From an uncultured Chloroflexia bacterium (lineage in GTDB: Bacteria; Chloroflexota; UBA6077; JACCZL01), in contig CAVXYC010000020.1 of assembly GCA_963765765.1 (NCBI GenBank), positions 576,001-640,000 of the forward strand: 64,000 nt of DNA, read 5' to 3'. Numbering within the stretch: position 1 is the first letter of the stretch; each line of letters begins with the position of its first letter. Below, piece by piece: positions 40,959 through 52,251 of this stretch. Made by a program: the position numbers and the translations under genes. Below the pieces are notes generated by a model. It was given only the letters and a program-made list of their open reading frames with translations. It was not told the origin of the DNA and ran no database searches.

Positions 40959-43052
40959 TTACCCGGCCCGCCCGGTGCCGCGATTCCTATTTCTTCGAAC
41001 CCCGCCGCGCGGTGCGCTCGGAACCGGTTCCGCTGCGGGAAAGACGAGCGCCAGGGAGAACTCCAGCAGCGTGCCGGAATCCCGGGCCTCCTTGTCCGCG
41101 ATCTGGAGGTCCATACTCCCTTGCAGTTCTTGCCCTTCACATTCTGGAGTGCCGGGGTAGTCATCGCGTCGTACAACTTTCTAAGGTCCTTGGCGGCCCC
41201 ACCGGCCCGATCGTGCAGCACCACTGGGCCGACACCGACGCTGTTCGGTGGCCGAAGCGTGATCAGCAGGTCGCCGATGTACGTGTGCTTGAGGTTTATG
41301 CCAACCGTCAGCGACTCGATCGGCGTCGCATCCGGGATACTGAGCGGAAAGGCGACGGTCTGCAAATCGGGGATGGGCGCGTTGAAGGTACGACTAATGG
41401 TTGTGCCACTTCGGGGCTGGGGCTGTGCGAGCTCAACTGCGGTCCTGGCATTGAGTCGCCCGTAGCCATACTTGGGGCTATGTCCTCCGGCGTCATACTC
41501 TCCACTCTGCGGGTCGATCCTGTCACAGGCACGCCTAAACAGATCCTTGACCTCAGCCCCTTTCAGGTTGGGATTGACCGAGAGCACGAGGGCCGCCACC
41601 GCCGCGGCCCCGGGACACGCACTGGACGTGCCGCCGAAGCTGTTGGTGAAATTCCCGACCGTGTCGCCATCTGCGGCTATGCCGGAGTTGTAGCCCTGCG
41701 CGCCCCGCCGGTCTGTGGTCCAGATACCCGGGGTGAGCGGCGCAAGGTGATTGAATGGGGCGTGCTCGAGATCGCTGCTGGGGAACGCGCACCAGACCGC
41801 CGCCCCAAAGTCGCTGTAGACGCTCTGGGTACCGCGATCGTTGCAGGCGGCAACCGCGATCACCTTCGAATAGCTCGCGTACCCGTCATTGTCCACCGAC
41901 TCGCGGCCGTTGCCCGCTGCGAACAGGACGACACATCCCTTGCCCCCTCGCCCCTGAGCAGTGACGAAATCGATGGCCAGCCGCGTGCTAGGGGGGAGGC
42001 GGAAATGCTTGGTTGTGCCTGGGATCGTTGGGGCTGAACCATCGGCCGTCCTCGGGTCCCCAACTGCACGAGATCACGTCGGCGCCGTTGTCGGCGGCCC
42101 ATTTGAACGCATCGGCCTCGCGCTGCGAGCCCAGCCCCGAGGCCAATCGGATCGGCATGAGTCGAGCCGCGGGCGCGACGCCGGATGCGCCAAGCGTGCC
42201 GTCGGCGCATGCCACGCCGGCGCATGCGGTGCCATGGTTCTCACCGCGATCGGGCCCGGTTCGAACGGATCCTTCGGACGCGGATCGGCCGTCCGCAGGG
42301 TAGCATCACGCGGGGCGAGAATTTTCCCGGCGCTGCCGAACTCCGGATGATCGATGTCGATGCCGTCATCGATGATGGCGATGGTGACGCCTTCGCCGCG
42401 CGTCAGCTCGTGCGCCGCGGCTACGCTCGCGTGGGCATCGACGCTGATCCCGTTGATCGCGGTTTTGCTCAGGTGCCACTGCTGGGGGAAAATGCCTTTC
42501 GGCGCGCGCCGTCGGATAAGCTCCGGGTGGCAGTATTCCACGTCGTCGCGCCGGAGGAGGTTCTCCGCGATCTCGAAGACCCGCTGGCCCGTCCCTTCCA
42601 CCGCTTGCACGAAGTAAGCGTTCGTCGCGTAGGTCACCGCTTCCTTGACGGTCAGACCGGCTTCGCGCAGCACTTCCAAACAGTCTTCCGGGTCGGTCGT
42701 ATCGGTGAACTTGATGAAGAGATTCTCGGTGTAGAGCACCGGCTCGCGCGGTCGTCGGCTCGACGAGGACTCCGCCGGCGAAGCGAACGTCGGGCACGGC
42801 TCGGAGCACCGCCTTCCGCTCGTCCACCGAGGGCCCCGCGTCGCCGGTGGGCACGCGATACACCTCCACCCCGGCTTCCGGGAACGCCGCCACGAGCGTG
42901 CTATCGTCCAGCGCGTCGGAAGCCGGGGTCGGTACCGGTCCCACTCCGCGCGTGATCGACCGGCCGCTCCGGGTGCGCACTGCGAGGAGATCGTCGCTTT
43001 CTTCGAGGTTGAATCCCGGCTCGTCTATCGTGCCGTAGTATACGGTGGGCAT
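40959..43052 (-). CDS. S8 subtilisin/kexin-like serine peptidase with C-terminal proprotein-convertase P domain; several frameshifts
   Basis: IAIIDDGID (Asp), NHGTACAGVA (His), AAGNG, GGTSSACP (Ser), YGYGRLNA, HTYIGDL (P domain); RBS GGAGG before ATG 43052. Confidence 0.85.
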
Positions 43053-43329
43053 TGGTCGGCCTCCTTTGGGCAAAGGGGGAAGGCGCGGCGCTCGTGGGTT
43101 AGCCATCCCCGGCTTGCTGTGTTCGGTAAATAGTTGTTGAGACGTTCCGTATCACGCAGTTCCGTTCAACGCGTCACTGCGGCTGCCGACCGTGCCTCCA
43201 TCTGGTGCTCGAACAGGTCCGGGTCCGATTCCTATTCGGCAGCGATCTGCCGAGTTAAGGCTCGAAAGTCGGTCGGACTCATGACTTTCAGCTCCAGCGC
43301 GGGATGAGATGACTCTGCGGAAGAAGGTC

Positions 43330-43596
43330 TTAGCGCGGCGCTCCCGTTACGTGCAACCGCCGAGAGTAAAGCCTCCCTGCAGGCGATCCCGCCCCGACGA
43401 TGCGATAGCCGTTATCAGGAGACCGTATGTCAGATGAAACCAGTTGATCCATGAGAGTGGATGAAAAACTCGCTTGGGAGATGAGTCCCAGCAGGCCCGT
43501 GACACCCAGCGCTCCAGTGAGCATGAGAGTAGTGCCACCAAGACGAAGAAAACGCTGTGGATTCATGGTTCGTCCATCGACACCCATTGTCAACAT
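43330..43596 (-). CDS. Small membrane protein, frameshifted or fragmentary
   Basis: Hydrophobic FLRLGGTTLMLTGALG plus NWFHL in an adjacent frame. Confidence 0.35.
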   Translation of the reverse strand: MLTMGVDGRTMNPQRFLRLGGTTLMLTGALGVTGLLGLISQASFSSTLMDQLVSSDIRSPDNGYRIVGAGSPAGRLYSRRLHVTGAPR

Positions 43597-43610
43597 TCTA
43601 GGCCGCTTTT

Positions 43611-43638
43611 CGTTCCGATAATTCCCATTACCGAGTCT
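43611..43638. other. dif/res-like tyrosine recombinase site
   Basis: CGTTCCGATAA-TTCCCA-TTACCGAGTCT (11-6-11 layout). Confidence 0.5.
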
Positions 43639-43690
43639 TGAAGGTCTAATGAAGGCTGCTTGCTGCTAGTTGAACGGCCTCGCCCGCGGC

Positions 43691-44230
43691 TTAAAATAGG
43701 CTCCGATACTCGGACGGACGAAGGATCCTGAGCTGGACCTGCCGCCACAGGTGTTCAGCGTTCTTAGGGAGCCGACTCTCCATGGTCAGGAAGGCATCGC
43801 ACTCCAGTTCAAGAGCATCTCGGATTAGCAAGCGATCCTCGGCGCTGAGGTAACCAAAAGAGGGGCCATCGAGCCGTGCCGCTCGCACGCTGCCTATTCC
43901 ACTGTAGGGAGAATGGTGGCCGTAGGCGGCCAAGCAGCCTTGCCAGTAGCCGAGAATGTCATAGGCCCATTGGACGTAGCTGGAATCGCCTTTTGCTGCA
44001 ACTTCATCGAAGCTGTGACCAGAGATGGCCAACTCGATGGCGCCACGCTTATTGACGAAACAGATTGCTCGAAGCGAATCGAGATCTTCTATCCCCGCAG
44101 GAACCTGGTAGATACGATCAGTCGATGGTGGCTCGATGTTCTCGAAGATAAATTCGCCGTACCGATGCATAGTCTGGAGCGTCGAAGAGTCCAGGAAGAC
44201 TCGTCGCGGTAGCCCTTCAAAGTCCGTCAT
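43691..44230 (-). CDS. PIN-domain-like protein
   Basis: VFLDSSTL, SFDEV, SAEDRLLIRDALELECDAFLTME, LRPSEY form the PIN-fold acidic pattern. Confidence 0.6.
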   Translation of the reverse strand: MTDFEGLPRRVFLDSSTLQTMHRYGEFIFENIEPPSTDRIYQVPAGIEDLDSLRAICFVNKRGAIELAISGHSFDEVAAKGDSSYVQWAYDILGYWQGCLAAYGHHSPYSGIGSVRAARLDGPSFGYLSAEDRLLIRDALELECDAFLTMESRLPKNAEHLWRQVQLRILRPSEYRSLF

Positions 44231-44313
44231 ACATACCAGCTCTCTATCCTCGTTCGCCTATCCGCAACGCTTTACTGAATAGCCTGATGATAGAGCCATG
44301 CGCCCCGTATTCG

Positions 44314-44340
44314 AGTTCCGATAACCCCATTATCGGAATG
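44314..44340. other. dif/res-like palindromic recombinase site
   Basis: AGTTCCGATAA-CCCCA-TTATCGGAATG; 9-bp perfect inverted repeat. Confidence 0.55.
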
Positions 44341-44359
44341 TCAGGATCTTGGGAATTGC

Positions 44360-46093
44360 TTAGCTCCTGTTTCCGCACTCAGCTGGCACGGCATCGCTGA
44401 TTCGGTAGATGTCTATGATTGGCCCCGGCCGCTCATAGAAGTGCATGTACCAGAACGGGATAGCCTTATCGTCGGGATGGACCGGCGCGGACACACCCTC
44501 CGGAAAGGGCGAAAACCGCTGCACGTGCTCTGCGCGGCTGATGAGTCGGCTGTAGCCAGTCTCGGCGGAAGGATCACGAGCGTTGCGCAACTGGGGCTCG
44601 TAATTGAAGCTTGCAAGCAGCACGAACCGGGTATCATCGCACTCCAGCCGGCGCGCGGCGTCCACGCTCACGAGTGACTGAAAACGCGCGATGCGTACGT
44701 TTTGAATCGCTGGTCGTCCATTCCACTCGGGCGGCAGGCTGTAGGCCTGCGCGGCCACGCGGCTGCCACGCGCGCCCTGGCGGATCCATTGCTCAGCCAG
44801 CACTCGAGTATCCGTGGTGAGCGCCAGGCGATTGTGCTGGATGACGTCGCGAACGAGCGGCGCCAGCAGTAGCAGCGCTCCGAGCGCCACCGTGACATAC
44901 CCGACACGCGAAAGATAGCGCGCGATTCCGCCGGCGAGTACCGCGGCGAAGATGACCAGCGGAAGGGCATAGCGGGCCGCGAAGAGCTCATTGCGCACCA
45001 TGATGACCAGGTACGCCGCCAGGCAGCCGAGCAGGGCGAACGCCGCCCCCGGCCGCGAGCGCGCCAGCGCCACGGCTCCAGCAATGCCAGCCAGGAGCCC
45101 GAGCGGACCCACCCCCCGCAAGGTCGACTCGGCGTACAGCAGCGGCACCGGCGTCGGCTCCTGATCCTCCGAAGCGATTCGTCCTGTCCGCAACTGCTCG
45201 GCGAAGCCATCGCTGACACCCCAGAAATCGGTGATGATCTCCGGCATACCGAGACAGCAACCGATGACAAATGCCAGCACCGTTGCTCCGAAGGTATCGA
45301 TGAATACACGGGGCACGCGGTAGCGGCCGCTCCCCGCGTGCACGATCAGCCCGAGGAGGGGCAGCACCACAACAACGCCAAAATTGAACTTCGCTGAGAA
45401 CGCCAGTCCCGCCAGCAGTCCGGCAAGGAGCGGCAGAAGAACGGTCGGCTTCTTGAAGCTCAACACGGCGACGAACATGCTCGCCGTCATGAACAAGGTC
45501 GCGGGGACATCGTTGCGAGCAATGTGCGCCAGATGAACCTGCAGCGGGCTCAGCGCCATGATTAAGCCGGTCACGAGGCCGGCCTTTCCACTGAACAAGG
45601 CGTGTGCCGTCAACGCCGCGAATACCGCGGCACCCGAGCCGAGTATGGCGGTGCTCACCCGGGCAAGCAGCATCTGAAACTCTGCGCGCTCACGTACGTC
45701 CGAAATCGGACGAATGCGCTGCGCCAAACGGAACTCCCAAACGTGGAGGTGCCGCGCCAGGAGTGGGTTGCGATAGTCTGGTCCGTCGGTGCGTCTACCG
45801 TCCGCCACGGCTGAGGACCAACGCACGTGGTTTACTTCGTCGTAGTAGAGGGCCGCCGGAAGCTGCCAGTTAATGCCCCAGAGACGCGCGCAGAGTGCCA
45901 ACGCGAACACGAGCCCGGCCCAGGCCGCCGTTGGCACCCTGCCGACGCGTCCAGCATTGTGGTCGTTCCACCGCTCGCTCAATCGCGCGTGGGGGCTATG
46001 TTGTGGGCCGCCGCCATCCGAAGTCGAAGGCATCCGCTTCCTGCTCTCGATAGCCGGCGTTTTTCGCGTTAGTCCGAAACCCAGGCCAGGCAT
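44360..46093 (-). CDS. GT-C membrane glycosyltransferase (ArnT/PMT, GT39-like)
   Basis: ARLWGI.WQLP..YYDE, LLARVSTAILG, ARNDVP, LAFSAKF, RYALP; many TM segments. Confidence 0.8.
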   Translation of the reverse strand: MPGLGFGLTRKTPAIESRKRMPSTSDGGGPQHSPHARLSERWNDHNAGRVGRVPTAAWAGLVFALALCARLWGINWQLPAALYYDEVNHVRWSSAVADGRRTDGPDYRNPLLARHLHVWEFRLAQRIRPISDVRERAEFQMLLARVSTAILGSGAAVFAALTAHALFSGKAGLVTGLIMALSPLQVHLAHIARNDVPATLFMTASMFVAVLSFKKPTVLLPLLAGLLAGLAFSAKFNFGVVVVLPLLGLIVHAGSGRYRVPRVFIDTFGATVLAFVIGCCLGMPEIITDFWGVSDGFAEQLRTGRIASEDQEPTPVPLLYAESTLRGVGPLGLLAGIAGAVALARSRPGAAFALLGCLAAYLVIMVRNELFAARYALPLVIFAAVLAGGIARYLSRVGYVTVALGALLLLAPLVRDVIQHNRLALTTDTRVLAEQWIRQGARGSRVAAQAYSLPPEWNGRPAIQNVRIARFQSLVSVDAARRLECDDTRFVLLASFNYEPQLRNARDPSAETGYSRLISRAEHVQRFSPFPEGVSAPVHPDDKAIPFWYMHFYERPGPIIDIYRISDAVPAECGNRS

Positions 46094-46374
46094 GGATGCG
46101 CCTTTGTAGAGGGTCCGCTAGGTGTACCGTACGATGGGCCGAATGTCGAGTCTAGGAATGTCCTTGTACATTGCCCAGTACAGACGATCAACGCCGGAAT
46201 TCCCCGGTTGGGGCACCATCGAGGGAATACTCTTCCTTCTTAACGAGCCCGGGCATACCATCTGGGTCATGCTGACGAATGTTGCCGCGCGAGGAGGGGT
46301 CAGTGGCTTTGCTCGATCAGCCGGGAGCGGCACGAGGATATCGGCGGTACGCACTGCTGCCCTCGCCGGGGTCC

Positions 46375-46560
46375 TCACGCTAACGCGGTATCAGCACAGG
46401 AGGCGAGCGCCGCCGCGACCTCGCGGGGCGCGGTGACCATCCCGTTGTGCCCCGTCGCCACATCGTGATAGTCCCATCCGGCCGGTCGGGCCTGCTGGGC
46501 TGAGCCCCCGAAGCCGCTGCCCGTGAAGTGCGCGTAGCTCCTTGGCAGGTGCTCGGCCCG
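46375..46560 (-). pseudogene. C-terminal fragment of an alpha/beta hydrolase
   Basis: GWDYHDVATGHNGMVTAPREVAAAL catalytic-His region without the N-terminal part. Confidence 0.55.
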
Positions 46561-46943
46561 CCCCGCGGCCAGTCTATGCCGCCTACCCCCAACTCGTAGA
46601 CACGCCCGAAGAGATCGATAATCTCGCATTTCAAGGTGTCGTGATCGGGATCGTCCGGAATGATCGGCGGTCTTCCCGCCCCACGATCCGCCAGAGAATC
46701 CTGCCAATCGGAAAGCGCGCTCCGGACGACAGCCGCAAACCGGAGCGGCGCATAGCGGCGTCCGAAAGCCGTTGGCGGCATGTGGTCCAACTCGCCCTGA
46801 TCAAGCCGTGCTCGCAGGTACGCGGCAGCATCACGAACCTCATCGCCCTCGGCACCCATGGCGGAAGCCTATGCTCGCCCTATTGTTGCTTCCGTCGCCG
46901 ACAGGTTGACAACAGCGGGTGAAACATTGCTTCGCCGACGTCC

Positions 46944-47246
46944 CTACGTGATCGAGTATTCGGGTGCGTTGATCCACTCGCGTCTCAGCCAGAGCGCGAC
47001 CGCCTGCAGGCGCGAGCGGACGCCAAGCGCCGTGACGGCGGTCCCGACGTCTCGCACAACGATGTCTCGTGGGAGCGAGAGCCTGATCGCAGTCTCGCCG
47101 ATTGAGAGACCTTCGGCCAGCAACGACAGAGTGCGGCGCTGACTCGGCTCAGCGGGCTGTTGGATCGATCTTTGAGAGGCTCGTACATCGAATTGATACC
47201 CTACTCCTACGCGCATAGTGCGATGTGCGCATCGGAGTCCGATCAA
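46944..47246 (-). CDS. LuxR-type HTH transcriptional regulator (stand-alone or fragment; start uncertain)
   Basis: RRTLSLLAEGLSIGETAIRLSL...LGVRSRLQAVA. Confidence 0.7.
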   Translation of the reverse strand: MIGLRCAHRTMRVGVGYQFDVRASQRSIQQPAEPSQRRTLSLLAEGLSIGETAIRLSLPRDIVVRDVGTAVTALGVRSRLQAVALWLRREWINAPEYSIT

Positions 47247-47649
47247 GGAAACCTTGAGACTCGGTCGAGACTTCGCGCACAGAACGGTCCGTCCGCACCA
47301 TCAACCGGTGATGTGATGCGGTTCGGGCTCTCGACCCACCCGAGTGTAGTGGCTATGGCGGGAGACGTCTGGCAAATTGTTGACAGTTATGAGCCTCAGC
47401 GAGACCTGGGCGTATGAGAGTCCATCGGGCACTGATTCAACCGGAGACGTCTGACTCGCCTTCTGCAATTTGGATCCCGAACACACGCGGGCTCCCGTAT
47501 CAGAGTTAGAGAACAATAGCTCCTCTGCATGCCGTGCGCGAGGATGCTATACACGTTGAGTCAGAAAGGCTAGTTGACTGCTTCGGCAACTCCCAGACGG
47601 ACGCTCGTCCGTGTCCCGGACCGGTACCACCATGGCATTCGGAAGTCCG

Positions 47650-49315
47650 CTACCGCGTCGCTTTGAGATTCTCCACATGAGTCCACGTGCCGGAGATCGA
47701 TGCCGGCCAGGGGTAGTCCGCGACAACGCTCGGTGCCAGCACCGCTTCCGCGGGCAGCCAGAATAGCGGGATATTCGAGTGGAGCTCGAACGACCGATCG
47801 CCCAGCTCCTGCCAATAGGGAGCGTGCTTCTCGGTATCAAGCTCTTGCTGAATCTTGCGAAAGCTCGCGTCGGTGTCCGCGTGCTGGTAGCCGCCACAGT
47901 TGCCGATGAATGAGCTGTTGTAGAAGCCGTAGGCCACGATAGGCGCTCCGCTGGTGGTGGTGAGATCAATGGCATTCTCGTGAGCGCACGTGGTACTGAG
48001 CTGCTGCCATCGCGTCGAGTCCGTCTGGACAAAATCCACGTCGACCCCTATAGCGCGCCAGTACGCGCCAATGGCCTCCAGCATGTCCTGAGCGCTAGAA
48101 ACAGAAGAGGGAGGATTGACGTACAGGCTTGTCTTCAAGGGATTCGACGGGCCGTATCCGGCATCGGCCAGTAGCTGCCTCGCGGCGTTCACGTCGTACC
48201 CGTACTCGCTTGGAAATCGCTCCTTCCAGGCGGGGTTGAATCCCGGGAAGACCTCAGAAACATGATTGAACCCGTAAATCAGCTCGCCCTTGGCACCGAA
48301 GAACGCCTTGTTTACCGCGTCCCTATCGATGGCCCTGTTCAATGCTTTACGGACTCGCAAGTCCATTAGCGGGCTATTCGGGTACTTGTACGTGCCATCG
48401 GAGACGCGGTGGTCCGGCCAGGTGAGAAAGCAGCACTTGAAGTTCAGGAACGTCCGTAGGGCCGGTACCTTCCCCCGCACGATCTTGAACCCCCGCTGCT
48501 CCGCCTGAGGCAGCAGATCCTCAGGGAGAGTGGTCACGTGGACCTCGCCGGGCATAGAGTCCCGCGAGCCTGGTGGACGCTTCAGACATCCAGCGGAACT
48601 CGAATTCCTGGAAGTCGGGATTGGCGCGCCAGTGCGTATAGGGGACTCGCTGGTACACGATATTCGCCCCTTGCGCCCGGGAGACATATTGATACGGTCC
48701 AGTGCCGGCAATGGGCGGATCGGTGAGCGAGGGGTCACCGCGCTTGTCCCAATCGGCCTTGCTCATGATCTCAAACCCTCCCTGGGCCTGGGAGATCATG
48801 TTGATCAGGTCGGCATCCTTCTGCTTGATCTTGACCAGCACTTCGTAGTCGTTGACGACCTCAACGTCCTCGATCGCTTTTTTTGCAAGCACAACCTGAT
48901 ACCCAGCTTGCGCGTCCTCGCGCACCAGGTCCTTCCATGAATGGACGACATCCTTGGCCGTGAACTCGCCATTACCGTTGTGAAACTGGACGCCCTGCCG
49001 CAGCTTGAACCGAATTGCCTGGTCGCCCTCGACCTTCCACTCCGTGGCAAGCTGCGGGACGAGTTTGCCGGTCTCGGCGTCCAGCCCAATCAGGTACTCG
49101 TACATCGGCGCCAGTTGCCACATGATCGTTTGTGCGATGTTCCGAGGCTCGTTGCTTTCCGAGGTCGGCGGCGGGACGGCGAACACCACGCGGCGAGTGG
49201 TGGACTCCGTTGACTTGGCCGCGGGGTTGCTCGCTGGCTGCGCGGGGGCGCACGCCGGAGCCACCAGCATCAGCGCCATCGCCACCATCCAGATGTGATT
49301 ACGTAAAGCCAGCAT
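47650..49315 (-). CDS. ABC transporter substrate-binding lipoprotein, family 5 (peptide/nickel); frameshift near 48560
   Basis: Lipobox APAC, PQLATEW, FKLRQGVQFH, FTAKDV, AGTGPY, DLRVRKALNRAIDR, YDVNAARQLLADAGY. Confidence 0.9.
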
Positions 49316-50358
49316 ACCTTCCACCTTTCTGATCAAGCACACGGCATTTCGCCCGCCTCATGAACGCGATCGTACTGCCGCGCGGAGCAGCGAGCCATAG
49401 TGTCAACGAGGTACTTTCGGCGCATTTCTCGAACTAGAGCGCCAGTCGAGGCGTGGGCATCGCGTCATGAATCAGGCCCGCACGGAAAACAGTTTCAGCA
49501 ACGCTTGACTATAGCGTGGGCGCCAGCTTCGGCGAATATCCGCGCTGCTGATGCCTCGCGTGCGAGTTCGTCCGGATCCCGCCGGAGGCCGAGGCAGCGG
49601 CGCGCGCTGTGGTGGAGCATCGGCGGGCCGAGATCGCTGCCATGGCCGTACCGCGCTCGTGGCCCGAGCTGCTGGGCGACCGCGGCGAGGGCGAATGCAC
49701 ATTGACTGTCGACGGGCCGTGGCTCGTGGCGATTCTAGAAGAGGGCATGACATACGGACATACGCGATCATGGCGATGGCAGTCGGGCCGCTGAGCTACG
49801 AGCGGCGGCGCCGGAACGACGAGGCTTACCCAGGCAGTATCAGAGGCGGGAGGCGGGACGGGGTGGCAGGTACTCTCTTCTGGCCAGAAGAGATCCTGCC
49901 AGGTGAGTCTGCACTGAGCTGCAACCGTCGCTACCTCAAAGGCGTTTGCCAGGAGCAGCATTGGGAGCGCCAAGACGACAGATAATCAGCGGTTGTCGAG
50001 AGGCCATGCTTTGGTTCCTCCACAAGAGGGAACGCTCGCCTCGCTAATGGCGGGTACCCCACGGTCGGGTGATGCGCTAAACCAGCCGGTGTGGCTGAGG
50101 GCGACGACCACTCGATTCGAATTAGTGCCTATTACCGCGGGCTCGGTCGGGCTTCTCATACACAAGCCGGGTTCAGTTGCCTCATGCATCGATCATGGTA
50201 TCATCGCCGACCGTTGTCATGTTACTTATCTTACCCAGTTCTAGTCAATCTCAATTCTGGTACATCGCTATCGCTTCTTCTGCACTTCCTCCGATAGCGC
50301 TGCATCCCCAGGCCGTTGGTAGGCGCCGCACCTGGGTTGAATCAGCGACATTTCCAGC

Positions 50359-52029
50359 TTGCTAGGCCTGGCGATTCCGCTCGGGATCGTCGGGCTTGCC
50401 ATTGGCATTCGACTCTTCAATATTCTCGCCCTTGATCCGTTTGGCGATGAGGTGACGTGGCTCCGCTGGGCCATCGATCATTTCGATCCGGGGCAGGCGG
50501 CGACATACTGGACGACTCTAGACGATGAGGGACGCCCGCCCCTCTTCTTCTGGCTAATCCTTATCACGCTGCCAATCGATCCGAACGCATTCGTCGGCGG
50601 CCGTGTAGCGGCGGCTCTGGCGAGCGGCGCAACGGCCGGAATGCTCTATGCCGTCGGCGCGCAGCTCGCGCCGCGGTCCGTTGGCGTGGTTGCGGCGCTG
50701 CTGTGGGCCGTCCTGCCCTTCGGTGTGATCTTTGGTCGACTGGCGTCGTCGGACGACGCCTTGCTCGCTCTCTGTCTGGCGCTCGTCATGTGGGCTGCCA
50801 TTCGCGCGGTGCGAGAGCCGTCGTATCGTTCGGGCGCGGTCTGTGGGGCTGCCATCGCGTTGGCCATCCTGGCGAAGACGTTGGGCCTTCTCGCGCTCGC
50901 AATACCGGTGTGCGCGGCGGTCGCGCTAGCTCGCGGGGTCAATCTCCGGCGACTCCTGAGGGCGATCGCCGGCATGGTCATCGTCCTGGTAATCGGCGTG
51001 AGCCCACTCCTCCCGTGGGCACCCGGAATGCTTGAAAAGGCTGATGATCACGCGGAGCTCGATGTAGAACAACAGGCCGGAGCGGGTCCGAAACACGATG
51101 CCGGCTACCGTCTCTCACTGAACATGGGCGATGCTGGAGAGTACTTGGTCGCATATCTGGGTGCGCCAATTCTCATTTTCGCGACCGGCGGCCTGGCTAG
51201 CGGCGTGCTTCAGCGAAATCGGAATGTGCTATTTCTCGGGCTCGCCTTCGCCGCCGGCGTCGTACCCGTATTGCTGTTCACAACGGTGCTCTACAGCCGC
51301 TACTTGCTCGGATTCAGCTTGCCGATTTACCTCCTTGCGGCCATGGCGATGTGTCAGCTCTGGCGGGGGCTAGCACCGCTATGCTCGGCCATCGTTTCAA
51401 GGAATCGGATGAGTATCGCCAGTGCCGGGATCGTTGGGGGAGTAACGATAGCAGCGCTCTTCCCGCAGCTCACTCTCACGCGGGCAATGCTCTTCGAACC
51501 ATCCCTCGCGGTGCTTCCAGGGGCGGATCACTGGCGATACTTCCAGCATCACTGGAGCCTCTTTGGACTCAGCCAACACGTCGAGTTCCTCAAACAGGAA
51601 GCGCGACGCGGTCAGATCAAGGTCGTGATGCCGCGCGAATCGGCAGAGTATCGCTTCGAGCTCCCGTACGATGCTTTGCGTTTTTACTTCCGCGCGACTC
51701 CCACCATCACATTCGATGACATTCCCCCAATGCGCGGCGAGAGATCGGATAGGGAGCACCGAGAAATCACTGAGGCCCATCGACCGACCTACATAGTGAT
51801 CAACGAGGAGGATCCCAACGCGCCAGAATCAGGTGACGCACCGCCTCGGGTTCCAGAGAATGTGCGCCGTAGCTTTCCTGCAGCCAGCGTCGCTCACAAG
51901 ACCGTACGGCCAGAGGGTGGATACGCCATTACACTGTACCGAGCAGACGCCGGAGCGCAGCTCGATGCATCGATATCGGGTGAAACCGAGGCGCTTCAAC
52001 CGGCCAGAGATCGCAAGCCAGGCTCATAG
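50359..52029 (+). CDS. GT-C membrane glycosyltransferase (ArnT/PMT family)
   Basis: PFGDEVTW, GRPPLFFW, GGRVAAAL, LAILAK, YSRYLL; multiple TM segments. Confidence 0.8.
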   Translation: MLGLAIPLGIVGLAIGIRLFNILALDPFGDEVTWLRWAIDHFDPGQAATYWTTLDDEGRPPLFFWLILITLPIDPNAFVGGRVAAALASGATAGMLYAVGAQLAPRSVGVVAALLWAVLPFGVIFGRLASSDDALLALCLALVMWAAIRAVREPSYRSGAVCGAAIALAILAKTLGLLALAIPVCAAVALARGVNLRRLLRAIAGMVIVLVIGVSPLLPWAPGMLEKADDHAELDVEQQAGAGPKHDAGYRLSLNMGDAGEYLVAYLGAPILIFATGGLASGVLQRNRNVLFLGLAFAAGVVPVLLFTTVLYSRYLLGFSLPIYLLAAMAMCQLWRGLAPLCSAIVSRNRMSIASAGIVGGVTIAALFPQLTLTRAMLFEPSLAVLPGADHWRYFQHHWSLFGLSQHVEFLKQEARRGQIKVVMPRESAEYRFELPYDALRFYFRATPTITFDDIPPMRGERSDREHREITEAHRPTYIVINEEDPNAPESGDAPPRVPENVRRSFPAASVAHKTVRPEGGYAITLYRADAGAQLDASISGETEALQPARDRKPGS

Positions 52030-52251
52030 CCCTGGCTCCTCGGCGGGTGGTTCACCCGGGGTGTTGGTAAGCGACTCTCAACTCGCCCACTTCGCAGTCA
52101 TGCTCACGTGGGCGGCGCGGCTTCCGTGAACTAGCGGCGCACGAGCACTCAAGCGCCGCCATCGATCTACGGCTGATGGTCCGTACCGCCGGCGCTCCGT
52201 CATCCTGGAACGCAGCGCCGGCGATAGGTCAGACCACCGGGTTGGAACAGC

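Noticed and set aside
49400-50300. Short ORFs between the SBP and GT-C genes
   Set aside because: No motifs or clear RBS; overlapping alternatives cannot be distinguished.
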